A stretch of 16,948 nt of DNA, from the NCBI GenBank assembly GCA_964590575.1, contig CAZPWM010000068.1, forward strand, positions 1 through 16,948, in the 5' to 3' direction. The notes beneath the pieces are model-generated. The model worked only from the letters and a program-made list of their open reading frames with translations. It was not told the DNA's origin and did not search any database. Both the position numbers and the translations under genes were made by a program. Origin of the DNA: an uncultured archaeon (GTDB taxonomy: Archaea > Asgardarchaeota > Thorarchaeia > Thorarchaeales > Thorarchaeaceae). The first letter of the stretch is position 1; the number at the start of each line of letters is the position of its first letter. Below are positions 13,574-16,948 of the stretch, in pieces.

Positions 13574-16408
13574 TTAGGGCTTTTTCCAACACAAGCTACA
13601 CATCTTGATCTCTCTCGCTCCGAAAGTGAGTGTCAGAGTATGAGACGAAACATGTAGTTCGTGGATGACTGTTCCATCCACCTTTACCTCTGAGGCTGTT
13701 TTGATATGCTCTGCAAGTATTACTTTTGCTTTGACTTTTTTGTTTTCAAGATTATAGAGTGTCACCAGAATGGAGTTGCCATGCATTCTCATCGAAGAGA
13801 TCCTCACGTCCGGGTTATTGAGTTGTATAATGGGGTCGAAGATACTGTGCAAGGGTTCAGCATGGTCTAGTGCGAATACTGCTGGTTGGTTGTGCAATAC
13901 ATCTGCATGTTCTGCGCTAACAGCCAATGAATCTTGCCGCGAGTGTACAATAAATCCATAGTAAAACTCGTATCCATTGTTCATCTCTTGAGCACCTGGT
14001 GTTTCTTCTCCTGGCCCTGCATGCATAGGTCTCTCAGGGAAGTCTGAACGCGAGAGCCACCCGACACAACGAAGAAGAGTCACTGCTATACGATGACCAT
14101 CAACAAGCTCAACCTCAGGCAGTCCTCTATTTAGGACGGTGATTGCATCTGTACCACTGCCATCCTCGATCCGTATGAATCCCTTTTGAGGTTGGATACC
14201 TGATGGTTTTTCGGGATAGTCTGTTCTCGTTCTCTCTAGTTCGTTAGCATCTGGTATTGCTTCAGGCATCGCTGAACGTTTCACACAACCGAAATGGGTC
14301 GAAGTCAAAGTCGTATCTGATTTGAATGGCAGATCAAAACATATTCTGAGTCTATGGTCCTTTGCTGTGTTTGTAAGCTTGGTTGTCACTTCAATCCTTG
14401 GAGTATCTCGATAGAATCTGAAAACAGAAACAACCGGAATCTCTGTCTTTCCAATTCTCCTTTCTCTCGATGGGTCTACTGAACCATATAGTTCCAGTGT
14501 AAGCGTCTGGCGAATCTCTGCCATGATGGGTCCTGAACTGATGACAGTTCGCTTAACGTCTTTCACCCGTGCTTTTTCTGGTTCAAGTCTTCCGAAAGTG
14601 TACTCGTCACCCCGATCGCCATAGTCCTCAAACACATGCAGCCTCTGATATTGTAGCCCGCTATTCTTATTGGTGTAACTCAGGCTTCCGTCTTTGTTAA
14701 ATGATATTGAATAGAACTGATTGTCAATTCGATTCTCATTTACCTCGATCAATTCTTCTGGTACAGGTTCGGGTGGTTCTTCAATTGGAGTGAGTTTCGA
14801 GAATGCCCAGGGCCTTAATGGAATGACTGCGGCATACACACTCTGAGTGGGGCGAGCAGCCACAAGGTGGATCTTTTTGTATTTCTTGCTGCCAATGATT
14901 TCATTAGCCTCGTGCTTGAGGCTCTCCATATCGAATTCCCCTACAGGATGTCTATCCGCTATGAATCTGAGTTCCAGTAGCCCAGGTTCATCTCCCTCAA
15001 AGTACTCTACACCATTTATGTAGAAGTCCATCAGCTTTCTTCCAGGAAGGAGTCTCATACCCATCTTGGCAGTAGTCATACCAACGGTCGTATCCATGAA
15101 AATATCCTCTCTTGATTTGAGCAGTTGAACATCGTACATCTCACTGCCCTCGGTGCGGAGTCCCCTTACAGTTTTATTTCCCGGAGCAGAGAACTCGATG
15201 TAGATTGGACTCCTAGTGCTACCACCCGCACTAAAGACAACAACAGTTGATTCATCCGATGGTGATGCAATCCTGTGAATACTTGTTTCTGCATCTTTCA
15301 GAGCACCTTCACATATTGACTTGGCCCACGAGTAGCGCGTTTTCATCTCTTCATGTGTCTGGTCCACTGAACAGCCGCATATTGAGTCATGAGGTTGATT
15401 GCGGAGTAACCATTTCCACGATGTCTTCAAGAAGCCACTAGGATACTGAAGTCCCATAGTGGTTGATAAATAAGTCCAGATTGGCTCTACGCTCCGTGTC
15501 AGCAGGTCCTCTATTTTCTGGTTCCATTGTTTGATCCAAATTCGAGCTGAGTATGTATCCTGTAGAAGAGGTGCTCTAGAAGATGATCTAAACTCACCAA
15601 TGTGAACCTGACGATTGTATCCCGCCTCAGTAATTGCACTTTCCAGTTTCTCGATATAGTCCTTCAAGGAAGATAAAGTAATATCAAGCCCTTCTTTTGT
15701 CATTCTCTCTGCATAATCCTTGGCAAATGGTTGCGGAAAACGGTGGTCTGAACCATTCATGAGTAAATAGACAGGCAATGGAGAGAATAGCTCTAATTCA
15801 GCTATCTTTTCGTTGATCGCATTTACGAATTCATCAAAGTTCGTGGGAAGCATGGTTGCATTGCCATAGCCAAATGGTAGATAGATTCCATTGACAGATG
15901 TATCAGAGCTCTCATGAGACTTCCATATGAACGGAACAGCTGTGATGTTTGGAGGAACCCCACGCCATAGTACAGCAGTTTTGAGATTCGTCAGGTCACC
16001 AAGCAGTTGAGGTATTCCGCTCGTGTGTCCGAACTGATCGGGAAGGTAGGCAATATCCATGAGAGGTATCTTGAACTCTGCTGCTAGGTCTTGACTATGC
16101 TCAAGATTCCGGATAAGGCTCTCTCCACCAACTAGCCACTCATCAGGTAGAAGATACCACGGTCCTACAGCTATCTTGCCCTCGCGAATTCGTTGCATCA
16201 ACTCCTGTGTTTTCTCAGGGCGTATTTCCATATAATCCTCGAGAACCACTGTCTGCCCGTCCAGCATGAATACATAGTCCTGCTCCTTCAATATCCTCAG
16301 AAGCTCGTCAATAAGCTGGACGAGATTGTATCTGAACCTCTGGAATGGGAGATACCATTCTCTATCCCAATGAGTATGCGGTACGATGAAGACCCTCTTT
16401 ATAACCAT
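13574..16408 (-). CDS. Glycoside hydrolase family 38 alpha-mannosidase (MngB/SpGH38-like), cytoplasmic; start set at ATG 16408 (ORF track GTG 16417)
   Basis: Zn-binding HTHWDREWY, LDGQT, GPWYLLPDEWLVGGESLIRNL, nucleophile motif YLPDQFGH, MNGSDH, NQPHDSICGCS, DHRLR, NRGLPE, TLLRCVGWLSR; GAGTGAT serves as RBS for ATG 16408; no signal peptide. Confidence 0.95.
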   Translation of the reverse strand: MVIKRVFIVPHTHWDREWYLPFQRFRYNLVQLIDELLRILKEQDYVFMLDGQTVVLEDYMEIRPEKTQELMQRIREGKIAVGPWYLLPDEWLVGGESLIRNLEHSQDLAAEFKIPLMDIAYLPDQFGHTSGIPQLLGDLTNLKTAVLWRGVPPNITAVPFIWKSHESSDTSVNGIYLPFGYGNATMLPTNFDEFVNAINEKIAELELFSPLPVYLLMNGSDHRFPQPFAKDYAERMTKEGLDITLSSLKDYIEKLESAITEAGYNRQVHIGEFRSSSRAPLLQDTYSARIWIKQWNQKIEDLLTRSVEPIWTYLSTTMGLQYPSGFLKTSWKWLLRNQPHDSICGCSVDQTHEEMKTRYSWAKSICEGALKDAETSIHRIASPSDESTVVVFSAGGSTRSPIYIEFSAPGNKTVRGLRTEGSEMYDVQLLKSREDIFMDTTVGMTTAKMGMRLLPGRKLMDFYINGVEYFEGDEPGLLELRFIADRHPVGEFDMESLKHEANEIIGSKKYKKIHLVAARPTQSVYAAVIPLRPWAFSKLTPIEEPPEPVPEELIEVNENRIDNQFYSISFNKDGSLSYTNKNSGLQYQRLHVFEDYGDRGDEYTFGRLEPEKARVKDVKRTVISSGPIMAEIRQTLTLELYGSVDPSRERRIGKTEIPVVSVFRFYRDTPRIEVTTKLTNTAKDHRLRICFDLPFKSDTTLTSTHFGCVKRSAMPEAIPDANELERTRTDYPEKPSGIQPQKGFIRIEDGSGTDAITVLNRGLPEVELVDGHRIAVTLLRCVGWLSRSDFPERPMHAGPGEETPGAQEMNNGYEFYYGFIVHSRQDSLAVSAEHADVLHNQPAVFALDHAEPLHSIFDPIIQLNNPDVRISSMRMHGNSILVTLYNLENKKVKAKVILAEHIKTASEVKVDGTVIHELHVSSHTLTLTFGAREIKMCSLCWKKP

Positions 16409-16419
16409 ATGAATCACTC

Positions 16420-16460
16420 TCTTCTGCAGGGAACCCGTCTTTGTAGAAGATAAAACGTTC
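16420..16460 (-). promoter_or_regulatory. Putative GH38 promoter with an adjacent imperfect palindrome
   Basis: Minus strand GAACG-TTTTATC (16460-16449), immediately followed by an inverted repeat at 16420-16450 that reads TCTTCTGCAGGGA-ACCCG-TCTTTGTAGAAGA on the plus strand. Confidence 0.45.
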
Positions 16461-16504
16461 AGAAAAGGATTATGCAGTCTATCTTAGTAAATACTATTCG
16501 TTAC

Positions 16505-16560
16505 AAAAAGAGAATGAGGAAGAGCCTTGCTGAAATAGGGGCGTGGCGCCCCCGCTTCAG
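16505..16560 (-). terminator. GC-rich hairpin plus pyrimidine/U-tract after the rubredoxin gene
   Basis: Minus strand CTGAA-GCG-GGGGCG-CCA-CGCCCC-TAT-TTCAG begins 10 nt after the stop and is followed by CTTCCTCATTCTCTTTTTG. Confidence 0.65.
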
Positions 16561-16569
16561 TCAGTAGTT

Positions 16570-16728
16570 TTAGATTGCTTCGAAGTCTTCTTTTGCCGCC
16601 CCACACATGGGACAAACCCAATCATCGGGCAAATCAGCGAACAGAGTGCCAGCAGCTATGCCGCTGTCAGGATCGCCTAAGTCTTCATCATAAACCCAAC
16701 CACAGACCATGCATTCATATTTAGCCAT
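16570..16728 (-). CDS. rub: Rubredoxin (52 aa)
   Basis: Not in the ORF track. Hand translation gives [52 protein letters not shown], with CxxCG and [11 protein letters not shown] motifs; RBS GGAGA upstream. Confidence 0.98.
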   Translation of the reverse strand: MAKYECMVCGWVYDEDLGDPDSGIAAGTLFADLPDDWVCPMCGAAKEDFEAI

Positions 16729-16753
16729 CTTGGTGTCTCCGGATTTTTCCTAT

Positions 16754-16810
16754 CTTTGGCGGATTAATCATCCACGCAAAGTTCTTAGATAAAGTGGATA
16801 AAAGCCTTCG
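16754..16810 (-). promoter_or_regulatory. Putative rubredoxin promoter and downstream inverted repeat
   Basis: Minus strand CGAAGGC-TTTTATCC (TATA-like, about 16803-16796), then CTTTG-C-GTGGAT-GATTA-ATCCGC-CAAAG (16781-16754). Confidence 0.5.
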
Positions 16811-16849
16811 GATTTGTTGGAAGGAGTGAAGAGAGGAGAGATAAGCCAC

Positions 16850-16948
16850 CTACTCCTCCTCACCATATTCATCTTCCAATGGTTCCTGTTCCTCAGAATC
16901 TTCTACTGGTTCTTCAATATCATCCTCTTCTGGAACCAGAAGAACATC
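16850..16948 (-). CDS. C-terminal acidic tail of a gene that starts outside the window
   Basis: Hand translation ...DVLLVPEEDDIEEPVEDSEEQEPLEDEYGEEE* with TAG at 16850-16852, followed by a pyrimidine-rich terminator-like tract TATCTCTCCTCTCTTCACTCCTTCC. Confidence 0.75.
   Translation of the reverse strand, partial: DVLLVPEEDDIEEPVEDSEEQEPLEDEYGEEE

Noticed and set aside
12563-16453. Short ORFs nested in the MFS and GH38 genes
   Set aside because: Antisense or off-frame shadows with no independent support.
16530-16560. Hairpin after rubredoxin considered as a SECIS element
   Set aside because: The rubredoxin has four ordinary Cys codons and a TAA stop, I saw no in-frame TGA in neighbouring genes, and a terminator explains the hairpin.
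16850-16948. DVLLV followed by an acidic tail as the end of a PRC-barrel protein
   Set aside because: Only five informative residues are visible, too few to assign a family.
1-16948. tRNA, rRNA, CRISPR array, transposase/integrase or defence system
   Set aside because: No cloverleaf, regularly spaced repeats, terminal inverted repeats or recombinase/nuclease motifs were seen by eye, and the intergenic gaps are short.

Overview
Gene-dense prokaryotic window that looks archaeal: TATA-like boxes sit about 25-45 bp upstream of genes, there are GGAGG/GGTGA-type ribosome-binding sites, and the solute-binding protein is anchored by a C-terminal membrane helix. An Asgard (Thorarchaeota-like) origin is my inference and is not proven. 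In order, it holds a peptide/nickel-family ABC importer (oppA-oppB-oppC, minus strand, oppC running off the left edge), a 262-aa hypothetical protein, an M20 metallopeptidase, a tandem pair of DUF4140/DUF4139 (MuiA-like) paralogues, an orphan membrane histidine kinase, a small helical-hairpin protein, a GPH/MelB-like MFS transporter, a cytoplasmic GH38 alpha-mannosidase, a rubredoxin missing from the ORF track, and the acidic tail of a gene entering from the right edge. The most notable observations are: (1) OppA appears circularly permuted and its partner OppC carries about 235 extra membrane-embedded N-terminal residues; (2) the small protein resembles the ESCRT-I steadiness-box/Vps28 hairpin; (3) the two signal-less DUF4139 paralogues have oppositely charged central linkers; (4) there are several structured non-coding elements, including two interlocked perfect 8-bp stems with H-type pseudoknot topology upstream of the MFS gene and mutually exclusive hairpins over the oppA ribosome-binding site. 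I saw no rRNA, tRNA, CRISPR array or mobile element.
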